This document shows positions 1 to 10,194 of a DNA stretch of 64,000 nt, piece by piece. This DNA is from Bacteroidales bacterium (lineage in GTDB: Bacteria; Bacteroidota; Bacteroidia; Bacteroidales; UBA12077), in NCBI GenBank assembly GCA_027859205.1, contig JAQIBH010000197.1, forward strand, positions 3,717-67,716, read 5' to 3'. A program made the position numbers and the translations under genes. How positions within the stretch are numbered: position 1 is the stretch's first letter; the number at the start of each line of letters is the position of its first letter. A model generated the notes under the pieces. It made no database searches. It saw only the letters and a program-made list of their open reading frames with translations, and was not told the DNA's origin.

Positions 1-563
1 TTTTCAATAGCGTTTTTATACCAGGTAGCAAGTCCTTTTCTTGTTTTTTCTCGTCCGAATTTTTCGAAATATGCACCGGCGCGATTACTAAATTGTCCTG
101 GGAAAAAATATGCATGTCCGTCTTTTCTATCATTAAACCAACCTGCACCGGCAAGAATATCAGCACCATAAATGGCTTTTACGGAATTCTGAACTTCAAC
201 ACCCATGCTTAATACAACATCTGCTGAATCTGATAATACTGATTTTATTCCCGAAATTAATGATAATCCACCGGAAGCACATGCACCTTCAACTCTTAGC
301 GATGGTTTAAATTTTAGGTTCTCATCAATTATTGGAAGGAATGCTCCAAGATGAGCTTGTTTTACAAATCGACTTGCCATAAAATTACCAATTACACCTT
401 CATCAACATTTTTGGCTCCTTTAATCATTTTTAAAGTTTCTTGTCCAGCTTCTTTGATATAGTGTTCAATTCCTGGTCTTGGCTTTTTAGGGTGGAATTC
501 TTTTCTTCCTGTTCCTAACGATATAGTATTATATCCGGCCGCCATATATATTTTTTTTCTCAT
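1..563 (-). CDS. thiolase-family acetyl-CoA acetyltransferase (N-terminal part; gene runs off the left edge)
   Basis: My own minus-strand translation from the ATG at 561-563 gives MRKKIYMAAGYNTISLGTGRKEFHPKKPRPGIEHYIKEAG...LRVEGACASGGLSL... The EGACASGG segment matches the thiolase active-site Cys region. It is absent from the ORF track because it is open at the window edge. Confidence 0.8.
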   Translation of the reverse strand, partial: MRKKIYMAAGYNTISLGTGRKEFHPKKPRPGIEHYIKEAGQETLKMIKGAKNVDEGVIGNFMASRFVKQAHLGAFLPIIDENLKFKPSLRVEGACASGGLSLISGIKSVLSDSADVVLSMGVEVQNSVKAIYGADILAGAGWFNDRKDGHAYFFPGQFSNRAGAYFEKFGREKTRKGLATWYKNAIE

Positions 564-589
564 AGTAGTAGTTTTTTGTTGTGTGACTA

Positions 590-1927
590 TTAGTTGAAAT
601 AATTGTTAATTGGACCATAGGCATGAAAAAATCCCATGAGCATAACTGTGTTAACGTGATCCTCTTTATCTGTTACTTCATCAGCAACTAATTTTAATCC
701 TATATTTTTGGAATTGATCACATAATCCTTTGTTAATTTAGATCCCAATGTATCCAAGCTTTTTAATTCGTTGAAATAAGTACTTAATATTTCTTCTTTT
801 CCTTTATTCCCTACAACTGATTTCCAAGGTTTATAAGATGATGGTAAAGCACCAAGCGTTTCATCAATTTTTTTATTGAATGTATCTATCTTAACATAAT
901 TTTTTTTATTTGGATCGTAAATACCAACTGGTCTTCCTTTCTCATAAAGTAATATGCCTGCTTTTTGTGATCCATCGGAATTTTGCCCGCCTTTAACATC
1001 TAGTGAAATTAGTTTATCAATAAGTTCGCTATGTAGATCATCTTCGTTTAATCTTGGTTTCATTACTATCATAATCTTTTGGCAAACATCTAGACCAACG
1101 TAATCCATTAATTGGAAAATTCCCATTGGACGAACCATAAAATCTTGACTAATTTTATTAACGGCATATATTGATTCAGTAAATGTCATTTTCTCAGATA
1201 AACTTTCTGCTTGTTTAATGCCAAATAAAATATCACGCATAAAATGACCGTTACCTATAAATCCCGCTTTGTCGTTTGATGGAACTAATGTTTTTCTTAA
1301 TTTTTTCGCGTACATTTCGGCAAATTCAATAAGATCCTTATTTGTATTTTTAGTGGCAATAATTTCTACAAGCTTTTGTACTGCAGGTGGATTGTAAAAA
1401 TGAAATCCAAGTATTTTCCCGTTTATATTTGCTTCAGAATCTAGCTCATTAATTGGAACTGATGATGTATTTGTAAAAAACCACGGATCGTTGTTATTGT
1501 TTGCAAGAATTTGTTTTATCAACTTAACTTTCAGTTCGGGATTTTCAATTATTGCTTCAAAAATTAATCCTGAATTATAAGTAGATTCAATACTTGTACT
1601 GGTATGTACAATTTTTAAAACATCATCAATATACTGATCGATGATTTCACCGTTTTCGATTAAGTTCTTATCGTCTTTATACATAGTCCGCAATTGAACC
1701 ATCTTTTTTTCAGCTATTTTCCTAACCTGTGTTTTCAAATACCCATAAAGTCCGGTAAGGGCTGCGGGTGAAACATCAATTGCATTTAAAGCAAAGTTTT
1801 TAGTTTTATTCTCAGGTTTTAATTGTAGGTCAGCCATTTCGATTGCTGTAAGTAACAGAATTCCTGATCCCATCTTGCCGGCAGCACCAAGTACCGACAC
1901 ATTTTGTAGTTTGTCTTCGTAATTCAT
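590..1927 (-). CDS. 3-hydroxyacyl-CoA dehydrogenase (NAD-binding)
   Basis: Rossmann motif VLGAAGKMGSG is near the N-terminus and there is an HFYNP motif typical of 3HCDH enzymes. The track ORF extends to 1975. The ATG at 1925-1927 (MNYEDKL...) avoids overlap with the upstream gene and places GxGxxG at the usual distance. Confidence 0.85.
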   Translation of the reverse strand: MNYEDKLQNVSVLGAAGKMGSGILLLTAIEMADLQLKPENKTKNFALNAIDVSPAALTGLYGYLKTQVRKIAEKKMVQLRTMYKDDKNLIENGEIIDQYIDDVLKIVHTSTSIESTYNSGLIFEAIIENPELKVKLIKQILANNNNDPWFFTNTSSVPINELDSEANINGKILGFHFYNPPAVQKLVEIIATKNTNKDLIEFAEMYAKKLRKTLVPSNDKAGFIGNGHFMRDILFGIKQAESLSEKMTFTESIYAVNKISQDFMVRPMGIFQLMDYVGLDVCQKIMIVMKPRLNEDDLHSELIDKLISLDVKGGQNSDGSQKAGILLYEKGRPVGIYDPNKKNYVKIDTFNKKIDETLGALPSSYKPWKSVVGNKGKEEILSTYFNELKSLDTLGSKLTKDYVINSKNIGLKLVADEVTDKEDHVNTVMLMGFFHAYGPINNYFN

Positions 1928-1946
1928 AGAATATATATTTAAATTA

Positions 1947-2717
1947 TTATTTCCAATTTGGTTTTCTTTTTTCAAGAAATGCTTTCATTCCTTCAGGTCC
2001 ATCACTTTCAAAAAGTGCGGAAAATTCTTCGCTCTCTGCATCATAAGCTTTATTATGATCCATTTGATATCCATTACGAACAATCTTTTTTAAAGCAATG
2101 ATAGCGTTTGGTCCTTGTTGAGATATTTTTTTAGCAATTTTCAAAGTCTCATTCATTAGTTCATTTGCATCAACTACTTTTTGAACAATACCCATTCTTA
2201 ATGCTTCTCCAGCATCAATCATTTGTCCTGTTAGTTGAAGAAATAAAGTATTTCCTAAACCTGCTAATCGTGATAATCTTTGTGTGCCACCATAACCTGG
2301 AACTAATCCTAAGCTAACTTCAGGTAATCCTAATTTTCCAAAATTGCTAGAAATCCTAAAATCACAAGCTAAAGCAAGTTCGCAGCCTCCTCCAAGAGCA
2401 TATCCATTAACAGCAGCTATTACAGGTATTTTTAGGTTTTCGAGACGAGAAAAAGTATCCTGGCCTGTTTTGGAAAATAGAAAAGCTTCTTTCTTAGTCA
2501 TATCCTGCATTTCAGCAATATCGGCACCGGCAATAAATGCTTTCCCATCTCCGGTAATTATAAGAACTTTAACTGCACTATTTTCTGATAAAGAATCAAG
2601 ATATGTATTTAATTCTTTGAATAAAAGGCTGTTTAGCGCATTCATAGCTTCAGGCCTTGAAATAGTTATAACAGCAATATTATCTTCAAATTTTGTTTTG
2701 AAAGTTGTATAGCTCAT
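1947..2717 (-). CDS. enoyl-CoA hydratase (crotonase family)
   Basis: 256 aa with the crotonase signature ...NGYALGGGCELALACDFR... and FIAGADI. It is the first gene of a minus-strand hydratase-dehydrogenase-thiolase operon. Confidence 0.9.
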   Translation of the reverse strand: MSYTTFKTKFEDNIAVITISRPEAMNALNSLLFKELNTYLDSLSENSAVKVLIITGDGKAFIAGADIAEMQDMTKKEAFLFSKTGQDTFSRLENLKIPVIAAVNGYALGGGCELALACDFRISSNFGKLGLPEVSLGLVPGYGGTQRLSRLAGLGNTLFLQLTGQMIDAGEALRMGIVQKVVDANELMNETLKIAKKISQQGPNAIIALKKIVRNGYQMDHNKAYDAESEEFSALFESDGPEGMKAFLEKRKPNWK

Positions 2718-3231
2718 AAATTATTTAATTTAATATGTATTGTTATGATTAAATGAAAGTTACAGGAAGTATTTATCCCGTTAGTTACTTTCATGGTCTA
2801 ATATAAATATATGTGTTTAATAAAGCAGACAAGATAAAAAATGTTTTTGATAATTTTGAAATTATAACAACAAATTCCTTATTTTCTGGATGAATTAAAT
2901 ATTCGGAAAGTTAATATTTGAAACTAGAAATATAAATTAGTAAACCTGCGGGTAGTAGCCGTAGAAACTATAAAACGACAAACTTCTTAGATTGGATTTA
3001 TAAATATTACAAGATAAAAACACCAACATGATGTTGAGAAACATGTTTTCAGAATTTATTTTGTTAGCATAATATTTTTTAATATATAAAGTATAAGAAA
3101 TCTATCTAAAATAATCACTCCTAATTTTGTTTTGTTCATTCTTTTAAATGTGTTATTCAATTCTTATGATTTGCAACGAAAGTACAATGATCTATACTTT
3201 TGACACAAGATTAATTTAGAATTAAACACAA

Positions 3232-4596
3232 ATGAGAAAAGTAATATTAATATTAGTTTTAATAACAATTGTTGGTCAGTTGAATGCACAGGACAATATC
3301 CTTGAAGATTATATTCAGGAGGGATTAGAAAGTAATCTTGTAATAAAACAAAATCTGTTAGCATTAGAAAATGCACGGCAAGCTTTAAAAATTGCAAAAG
3401 GAATGTTTTTGCCAACAGTTTCAACACAATCAAGATATACACTTGCGCAAGGTGGACGAACCATTGATTTCCCAATTGGGGATTTATTAAATCCGGTTTA
3501 TAGCACTTTGAATGATATGTTAGAAGCACAGGGTGGAAGCGCACAGTTTCCAATGGTAGAAAACCAACAAATCAATTTCTTAAGAAACCAAGAATATGAG
3601 GCAAAGGTATCTGTTACACAAGCAATATATTATCCATCTATAGCTATAAATAAAAAAATTGAAGAACAAAGGTTGTTTATGTCTGAAACTGAATTGGAAC
3701 AGTACAGACGCGAATTAAGATATCAAATTAAAGAAGCATACTATAATTATATGAAAGCGTGGCAATTTTATGATCTAATTCTTAAAACAAAAGAAGTTGT
3801 TAATGAAAATCATCGTGTAAGTGAAAAACTGAAAGAGAATGATATGATAACGCTCGATGCAGTACTTCGTACAAAATCTGAAATTAGCAAAGTTGAATTA
3901 TATGAAACTGAAGCAATAAAAAATAAGGAAATGGCTAAAAGCTACTTTAATTTTTTGTTGAATAAAGATTTAGATGAAGAAGTAATTTTATGCTCTCAAG
4001 CGGAAATGTTTGTAAATCCAGAAATTAATGGATTAACAGAAAATGCTTTAAATCAAAGACAAGAACTTCAGTTACTTGATAATCAAATTAAAATAATGGA
4101 TTATGTTGCTGATTTAAGTAAAGCAGAAATGCTGCCTAAAGTCGTTATGGCTATAGATTATGGCATACAAGGTGAAAAATTTGCTATTAATAGTGAATCA
4201 GATTTTGTGATGGGGTCTTTTGTTTTAAGCTGGGATCTTTTTAATGGAAATATAAATAGAAATAAAAGGAAACAAGCATTTATTGAAAAACAGCGAGTTG
4301 AATATATGAAAGAAGAGGTTGGGAATAAGATTAAACTTGAAGTAAAACAAAATATATATGAGGTTGATCAGCAAATTAAAAATTTGAAACTAGCTGAAAC
4401 TCGAAGTTTTGAAGCTGCTGAAGTTTTCAGAATTATAGAAAAGCGTTACAGACAAGGCGAATCAGCTCTAATTGAATTACTTGATGCTCAAAATAATATG
4501 ACTGAAGCTGAAGCTCAAGTGATTTTTACCAAATACGATTATTTGGTAAGCATTGCTCGTTTAGAGAAAAGCTCACTTACATCATTAGAAATGTAA
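3232..4596 (+). CDS. TolC-family outer-membrane efflux protein
   Basis: 454 aa with a signal peptide and long coiled-coil-rich repeats. It lies directly upstream of the adaptor and RND pump genes, which is the typical Bacteroidota order. Confidence 0.8.
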   Translation: MRKVILILVLITIVGQLNAQDNILEDYIQEGLESNLVIKQNLLALENARQALKIAKGMFLPTVSTQSRYTLAQGGRTIDFPIGDLLNPVYSTLNDMLEAQGGSAQFPMVENQQINFLRNQEYEAKVSVTQAIYYPSIAINKKIEEQRLFMSETELEQYRRELRYQIKEAYYNYMKAWQFYDLILKTKEVVNENHRVSEKLKENDMITLDAVLRTKSEISKVELYETEAIKNKEMAKSYFNFLLNKDLDEEVILCSQAEMFVNPEINGLTENALNQRQELQLLDNQIKIMDYVADLSKAEMLPKVVMAIDYGIQGEKFAINSESDFVMGSFVLSWDLFNGNINRNKRKQAFIEKQRVEYMKEEVGNKIKLEVKQNIYEVDQQIKNLKLAETRSFEAAEVFRIIEKRYRQGESALIELLDAQNNMTEAEAQVIFTKYDYLVSIARLEKSSLTSLEM

Positions 4597-4706
4597 TGTT
4601 GTATTCAATACTAAATATTTAACACTCACTCTTGTTCATCACACATATTATTAATTGAATGATAAAATTTACAAAATGATTAATTAAGAAATCAAACTTT
4701 ATTACA

Positions 4707-5804
4707 ATGAAAAAGATAAAAAGCGCATTAAATTATAAAACAATAGGCTTTCTTTTATTATTTGCAGTAATAGGAGCGGTAGGATGTAGTAATTCAGAAG
4801 CTAATACTCAAAATGAAGAAGAAAAAGGTATTCCTGTTAATGTAGTTAAACTTGAGAAAGAGCAAGTTTCGCTTCCAATTCAGGTGTCTGGAGATATTAG
4901 TACCACTAAAGAAAGTCGTTTAAGTTTTAAGACTGGTGGAATTATTGAATCTATTAATGTAGATCAAGGAGATAAGGTAAGAAAAGGCGAAGTATTAGCA
5001 AAACTTGATTTAAAGGAGATTCAGGAACAAGTAAATCAAGCCTTGATAGGTTTAGAAAAAGCTCAACGCGACTACAACAGAGTATATTCACTTTATACTG
5101 ATACCGTTGCAACTTTGGAACAATTGCAAAATGCTAAATCAGCCTTAGGTATTGCCTCTGCTAATTTGAATATTGCAAAGTATAATCTGAAATTCTCATC
5201 TATCGTTGCACCCTCGGAAGGAATAATTTTGAAGAAGTTTTTTGAAGAAGATGAGATAGTTGGTACAGGTCATCCAATATTCTATTTTGCATCGGCAGAA
5301 GAAGCATGGCGTTTAGTAGTAGGGATTTCTGATAAAGATATTGTAAAACTTAAATTAGGCGATAATGCTAAAATTACTACAGATGCATATCCAAATAAAG
5401 AACTAGAGTGTAAGGTTTCTAATATCGCCAATTCTCCCGGTCAGTTTACCGGATTATATGAAGTAGAATTATCACTTGAGGATAAAGACATAGAATTAAA
5501 GCATGGCTTTTTTGCAAAAGGAGAAATATATCCTTCTCAATTCAACGAATGTTATGCTTTACCAATAAATGCTATTCAAGAGGGAATTGGTAAAATGGTT
5601 GTTTTTTACTCGGTAAATGCAGAAGGTACTATAGCCATAAAACAGGAAACACAAATTGTTTCTATGAACCACGAAAAGGTTTTTATTAGCAAAAATAATT
5701 TACACGATGATATGATGATAATAGTTGAGAACCAAAAGGAAATAAAGCATCTGGATAAGGTTAGAATAATTGATTCAGAATGGTTAGCAGTAACCAAAAA
5801 ATAA
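4707..5804 (+). CDS. efflux RND periplasmic adaptor (membrane fusion protein), lipoprotein
   Basis: It has a lipobox (GAVGCSN) and biotinyl/lipoyl-like and beta-barrel segments typical of HlyD/AcrA adaptors (GGIIESINVDQGDKVRKGEVLAKLD). Confidence 0.85.
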   Translation: MKKIKSALNYKTIGFLLLFAVIGAVGCSNSEANTQNEEEKGIPVNVVKLEKEQVSLPIQVSGDISTTKESRLSFKTGGIIESINVDQGDKVRKGEVLAKLDLKEIQEQVNQALIGLEKAQRDYNRVYSLYTDTVATLEQLQNAKSALGIASANLNIAKYNLKFSSIVAPSEGIILKKFFEEDEIVGTGHPIFYFASAEEAWRLVVGISDKDIVKLKLGDNAKITTDAYPNKELECKVSNIANSPGQFTGLYEVELSLEDKDIELKHGFFAKGEIYPSQFNECYALPINAIQEGIGKMVVFYSVNAEGTIAIKQETQIVSMNHEKVFISKNNLHDDMMIIVENQKEIKHLDKVRIIDSEWLAVTKK

Positions 5805-5841
5805 GGATTCTTTTCAGAATGAGGTTTACTCATTTATTTTT

Positions 5842-5880
5842 CAGGGCTTGTATTTTAGTTTAGTCAAGCCCTGATTTTTT
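5842..5880 (+). terminator. intrinsic-terminator-like hairpin between the adaptor and RND pump genes
   Basis: CAGGGCTTG (5842-5850) pairs with CAAGCCCTG (5865-5873). It is followed by T6, then A8. Confidence 0.6.
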
Positions 5881-5891
5881 AAAAAAAAGCA

Positions 5892-5959
5892 GTCATGCTG
5901 AGCTTGTCGAAGTATGTCGGTAATTAACAAATATCATCCTTCGAAAGGCTCAGGATGAC
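5892..5959. repeat. inverted pair of GTCAT(G/C)CTGAGC..TCGAAG units (hairpin repeat family A)
   Basis: The left arm is GTCATGCTGAGCTTGTCGAAG (5892-5912). The right arm, CATCCTTCGAAAGGCTCAGGATGAC (5935-5959), is the reverse complement of GTCATCCTGAGCCTTTCGAAGGATG. Confidence 0.8.
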
Positions 5960-5976
5960 AAAAAGCAAAACATAAA

Positions 5977-8900
5977 ATGAAAATTCCAAAATTAGCGATA
6001 CAAAATTATCAGTTCACCATAGTAATTTTCTTAATGGTGACATTATTCGGTGTTATATCATATTTCACTATGCCAAAATCGGAAGATCCTTATATGGATT
6101 ATAATGTTACCACAGTTCTTGTAATAAATCCGGGAGCTTCTCCTAAAGATATGGAAACATTAGTGGCTGATCCTTTAGAAGAATCGTTTAACGAAATTGA
6201 AGGAATTGATAAAATTACTTCAAAAATATCTGATGGAATATTCTTTTCGTTTGTTGAATTTGAATATGGCGAAGATTATGATAAAAAACATCAGGAAGTT
6301 CTTCAGAAAATAAATGAAAAACGTAGCGAGTTACCGGGAACCATAATAAGATTGGAAGCTTTACAACCATCTGTTTTGGATGTTTGTATTTATCAACTCG
6401 CTTTTGTGTCGGAAGGAGCTTCTCCAGCTGAAGTAAAAAGAGAAGCAGAAAAATTAAAACAAAAAATAGAAAAGGTATATGGTATAAGAGCCGTCAATTT
6501 AAATGCAGAACAAGACTTAGAACTGCAGATAACTTTGGATATGCAGCGATTATCAGCATATAATTTATCAATAGGAAGAATTATTACAATTCTACAAAGT
6601 GAAAACATGAGTATTCCTGGAGGAAGCATCGATTTAGGAAATAAAAAATTTAATGTTTTAACGAGTGGATTATATAAAAATATTGATGACATAAGCAATA
6701 CTGTAATAAGTGCCGGATCGGAAGGAATTCTTCGTTTAAAAGATGTTGCTACTGTAGATTTTGATTATGAAAAACCTGAAGTATTAGCCCGTCTGAATGG
6801 TAAAGAGGCGCTGTGGTTATCTGTTGAACAAAAAAGTGGAATAAACATTTATAACTTGTCTGATAATATTGATCAGGAAATAGAAGAATTTAAAGAAACC
6901 TTGACCGATAACATTAAAATTGAAACTGTATTAAAACAAGCGGATGGAGTTAAAGAGCGTGTGAATGGATTCTTTATGAATTTCATACAAGGAATATTGT
7001 TGGTTGGTATAATTGTTTTTATAGCGCTTGGCGGTCGACCTTCACTTATAATAATGATTGCCATTCCAGTTTCTGTTTTTGTTGGAATCGGATTAATTGA
7101 TGTGTCGGGATACGGTATACAGCAAATGTCAATAGCTGGTTTAATTATAGCTCTTGGAATGCTAGTTGATTCAAGTATCGCAATGGTCGAAAACATTTAT
7201 CGATATATAAACTTAGGCTTAAAACCTATTGATGCAGCAATTAAAGGAGCATCAGAAATTGGAGGTGCATTAGTTAGTTCAACTATTACAACTATTTTAG
7301 CTTTTGCTCCTATGTTAATGATGGGTAATGATGTTGGTGATTTTATCCGAAGTATGATTCTTATTGTAATATATGCATTAACTATTTCGCTATTCGTTGC
7401 ACTTACATTAACACCCTTTATAAGTAGTAAAGTTTTAAAGAAAAGAAAAGAACAAAGAAAAAATTCTTTATTAAAAAAATTTATTGATAACTACTATATA
7501 AAATGGTTACAATCAGCATTAAACAAACCAAAACTAATCTTGGTTATAGGATTACTAATTTTCCTTGGATCGATTTCGTTATTGCCATTAATAGGAGTTA
7601 GTTTCTTCCCAAAAGCTGAAAAAAGCCAATTAATGATTACTGTAAAAGGTTTAGAAGGATCAAATTTAAATAATACTGAAAAAGCTGTAAAATATGCTGA
7701 GTCTATCATTAATACTAATCCTAAAGTACAGAAAGTTGCTTCAACAATCGGTGAAGGAAATCCACAAGTATATTACAACATGCTTAAACCAAATCCAGCT
7801 TCTAAGATAGGTCAGGTTTTTGTTGTACTTGAATCATCAGTATTAAAAAATATGGATGATATAATAGCTGATTTAAGGACTGAGTTTAATAATTATCCTG
7901 GAGCTAAAATTGAAGTAAAAGAATTTGTTCAAGGACCTCCCGTCGACGCTCCTGTTCAAATTAGATTATTCTCCGATAATTTAGACGATTTAAAATCTGT
8001 TGCATCCTATGTTGAAGAGATTTTCATGCAGGTTCCTGGAATTATTAATATTAATAATCCTTATTCAGTTGATAAAACTGATTTAAAAATAAATATCGAT
8101 CGGGAAAAAGCCGGTAAATTGGGTGTGAGTATTGCTGATATTGACGTAGCAGTTCGTACAGTAGTTAATGGATTAGATGTTGGAAACTTTCAGGATAAAT
8201 TTGGTGAAAAGTATGATATTGTTGTTAAAGCGCCAGAACAAGATATTGAAGATTTAAATTGGATTAATAAAACTTATGTTTCAAATTTTGCTGGTGCGCA
8301 AATAAAACTTTCTCAAATTGTTGATCTTGAATTTGATAAAAATATAAAACGTATTGATCATTACGATTTAGAACGCTATGTTTCTATTATGGCTGATGTT
8401 GATGAAAATATACAGTCAATAGATAAAGCAACAAAACAAGTTATTGCCCAATTAGAAAATTATGATTTTCCCAAAGGAACTACTTATATGGTTGGAGGCG
8501 AACAGGAGAGTAGGAGCGATAGTTTTGGTGGATTGGGTCAATCTTTACTTATTGCATTACTTGGAATATTTGCAGTCCTTGTATTACAATTTAAATCCTT
8601 TAAGCAACCATTAATCATTTTTACAGCTATTCCGCTCTCAATTACTGGTGCATTTTTAACTTTATTGGTATTAGGCTATTCCTTCTCATTCATGGCATTT
8701 GTAGGATTAACCAGTTTAATGGGAATTGTAATTAATAGTAGTATTATTTTGGTCGATTATGCAAATCGGTTAAAACGCGAAGGTTTAAATACATTACAAG
8801 CTGTTATTGAAGCTTCCAGAACAAGATTTAATCCAATATTTCTCACAACAATAACAACCGTAGCGGGATTATTACCTTTAACTGTTTTGGGAGGTAAAAT

Positions 8901-9024
8901 GTGGGCTCCAATGGGATGGGCAATAATCGGAGGATTAATATTCTCAACTTTATTGACATTAATATTAGTTCCGGTGTTGTATTTATTATTTTCAAATGGC
9001 GATAAGAAATTAGCTGTTAGCTAA
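5977..9024 (+). CDS. RND efflux transporter permease (AcrB/CzcA superfamily)
   Basis: 1015 aa with a 12-TM two-fold repeat architecture and a typical N-terminus (IQNYQFTIVIFLMVTLFGVISYFTMPKSEDP). Confidence 0.95.
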   Translation: MKIPKLAIQNYQFTIVIFLMVTLFGVISYFTMPKSEDPYMDYNVTTVLVINPGASPKDMETLVADPLEESFNEIEGIDKITSKISDGIFFSFVEFEYGEDYDKKHQEVLQKINEKRSELPGTIIRLEALQPSVLDVCIYQLAFVSEGASPAEVKREAEKLKQKIEKVYGIRAVNLNAEQDLELQITLDMQRLSAYNLSIGRIITILQSENMSIPGGSIDLGNKKFNVLTSGLYKNIDDISNTVISAGSEGILRLKDVATVDFDYEKPEVLARLNGKEALWLSVEQKSGINIYNLSDNIDQEIEEFKETLTDNIKIETVLKQADGVKERVNGFFMNFIQGILLVGIIVFIALGGRPSLIIMIAIPVSVFVGIGLIDVSGYGIQQMSIAGLIIALGMLVDSSIAMVENIYRYINLGLKPIDAAIKGASEIGGALVSSTITTILAFAPMLMMGNDVGDFIRSMILIVIYALTISLFVALTLTPFISSKVLKKRKEQRKNSLLKKFIDNYYIKWLQSALNKPKLILVIGLLIFLGSISLLPLIGVSFFPKAEKSQLMITVKGLEGSNLNNTEKAVKYAESIINTNPKVQKVASTIGEGNPQVYYNMLKPNPASKIGQVFVVLESSVLKNMDDIIADLRTEFNNYPGAKIEVKEFVQGPPVDAPVQIRLFSDNLDDLKSVASYVEEIFMQVPGIININNPYSVDKTDLKINIDREKAGKLGVSIADIDVAVRTVVNGLDVGNFQDKFGEKYDIVVKAPEQDIEDLNWINKTYVSNFAGAQIKLSQIVDLEFDKNIKRIDHYDLERYVSIMADVDENIQSIDKATKQVIAQLENYDFPKGTTYMVGGEQESRSDSFGGLGQSLLIALLGIFAVLVLQFKSFKQPLIIFTAIPLSITGAFLTLLVLGYSFSFMAFVGLTSLMGIVINSSIILVDYANRLKREGLNTLQAVIEASRTRFNPIFLTTITTVAGLLPLTVLGGKMWAPMGWAIIGGLIFSTLLTLILVPVLYLLFSNGDKKLAVS

Positions 9025-9084
9025 TGTGAATTATTAGTTCATTAATATTTTTTGTTAATTTGATAACGAATAATTATTTTAAAT

Positions 9085-10194
9085 ATGAAGTTAACTTGGC
9101 GTACATTTAAGTGGCTTGCAATTGCAGGTTCTTTTCCTCCAATATATTTTCACTTGCGTACTTTGTTTTATGAAGATATTGTTGCAACATCAGTATTTGA
9201 TTTTGTTTTATGGTTTTTAATTTCAATTTCAGTCACTATTGTTTTGGCAGTAATTGTTTTTAAAGAAATAGAATGGTTACAAAAAATATTACCATGGAAA
9301 AAATATGTTGCTAGAAGAGTAATTGCTGAGTTTGTTTGTACAGTATCAACGGTTTTGTTAGGAATGTTTATTCTTTCCCAATTTACTTTTGATATGCATT
9401 GTAAAATGTTCCCTGGGAAATTGAATTATTCAACGCATTTGTTCGAAGAATTAACTACTGGTATTGTATTGTGGGCAATTTTACTTAGTGTAACCGAAGG
9501 TGTATATTTTTTTTATCAGTGGCGAGATGGATTAGTATTATCAGAGACCCTACAAAAGGAGAAAGTGGAATCGCAATTAGAAGCACTTCGTAATCAGGCC
9601 AATCCTCATTTTTTATTCAATAGCTTAAATGTATTATCATCATTGGTACACACCGATCCCGATAAAGCCGAAGAATTTATTGATAAGTTTGCTTCTGTAT
9701 ATCGCTATGTTCTTAATATCCAAGATAAAAATGTTGTAACTTTAAAGGAAGAACTTGACTTTTTAAATTCGTATTTGTATTTACAAAAAATCAGATTCAG
9801 GGAAGGATTTGAAATAAATATTGATATAAATAAAGAAAATTACGAACATTTTGTACTTCCTTTTTCCTTACAATTTATGGTCGAGAATGCATTAAAGCAT
9901 AATATTGTAAGTAAAGATTCTCCTTTGAAAATTAATATTTCTCTTAAAGAAGATAAAATATGTGTAGTAAATAATATACAATTAAGAGATAACGAAGATG
10001 AATCAACAGGTATGGGTTTGAAAAACTTGCAACAGAGATATTTCTTATTGGCTAATATTATGCCTAAATATGAAATGAAAAACGGAGAATTTGTGGTATG
10101 TATTCCATTGCTAAAACCTGAGAAAAAAGAAGAAAAAGAAAATATTGATAAAGATGAATGTTGTAATCATAGAAGACGAAGGTTTTGCGGCTGA
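9085..10194 (+). CDS. LytS/YehU-type sensor histidine kinase
   Basis: Multi-TM N-terminus followed by the His_kinase motif NPHFLFNSLN and an HATPase region (ENALKHN...GMGLKN). Confidence 0.85.
   Translation: MKLTWRTFKWLAIAGSFPPIYFHLRTLFYEDIVATSVFDFVLWFLISISVTIVLAVIVFKEIEWLQKILPWKKYVARRVIAEFVCTVSTVLLGMFILSQFTFDMHCKMFPGKLNYSTHLFEELTTGIVLWAILLSVTEGVYFFYQWRDGLVLSETLQKEKVESQLEALRNQANPHFLFNSLNVLSSLVHTDPDKAEEFIDKFASVYRYVLNIQDKNVVTLKEELDFLNSYLYLQKIRFREGFEINIDINKENYEHFVLPFSLQFMVENALKHNIVSKDSPLKINISLKEDKICVVNNIQLRDNEDESTGMGLKNLQQRYFLLANIMPKYEMKNGEFVVCIPLLKPEKKEEKENIDKDECCNHRRRRFCG

Noticed and set aside
2344-2712. 122-aa ORF on the + strand
   Set aside because: It lies entirely antisense within the well-supported enoyl-CoA hydratase gene. 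Its composition is low-complexity and Ser/Ile-rich, and it has no motif. It is a shadow ORF.
3164-3553. 129-aa ORF on the - strand
   Set aside because: It is antisense to the 5' end of the TolC-family gene and runs into the promoter region. It has no motif and is a shadow ORF.
6393-7709. Three minus-strand ORFs (6393..6698, 6873..7196, 7494..7709)
   Set aside because: All are antisense inside the RND transporter gene, whose identity is unambiguous.
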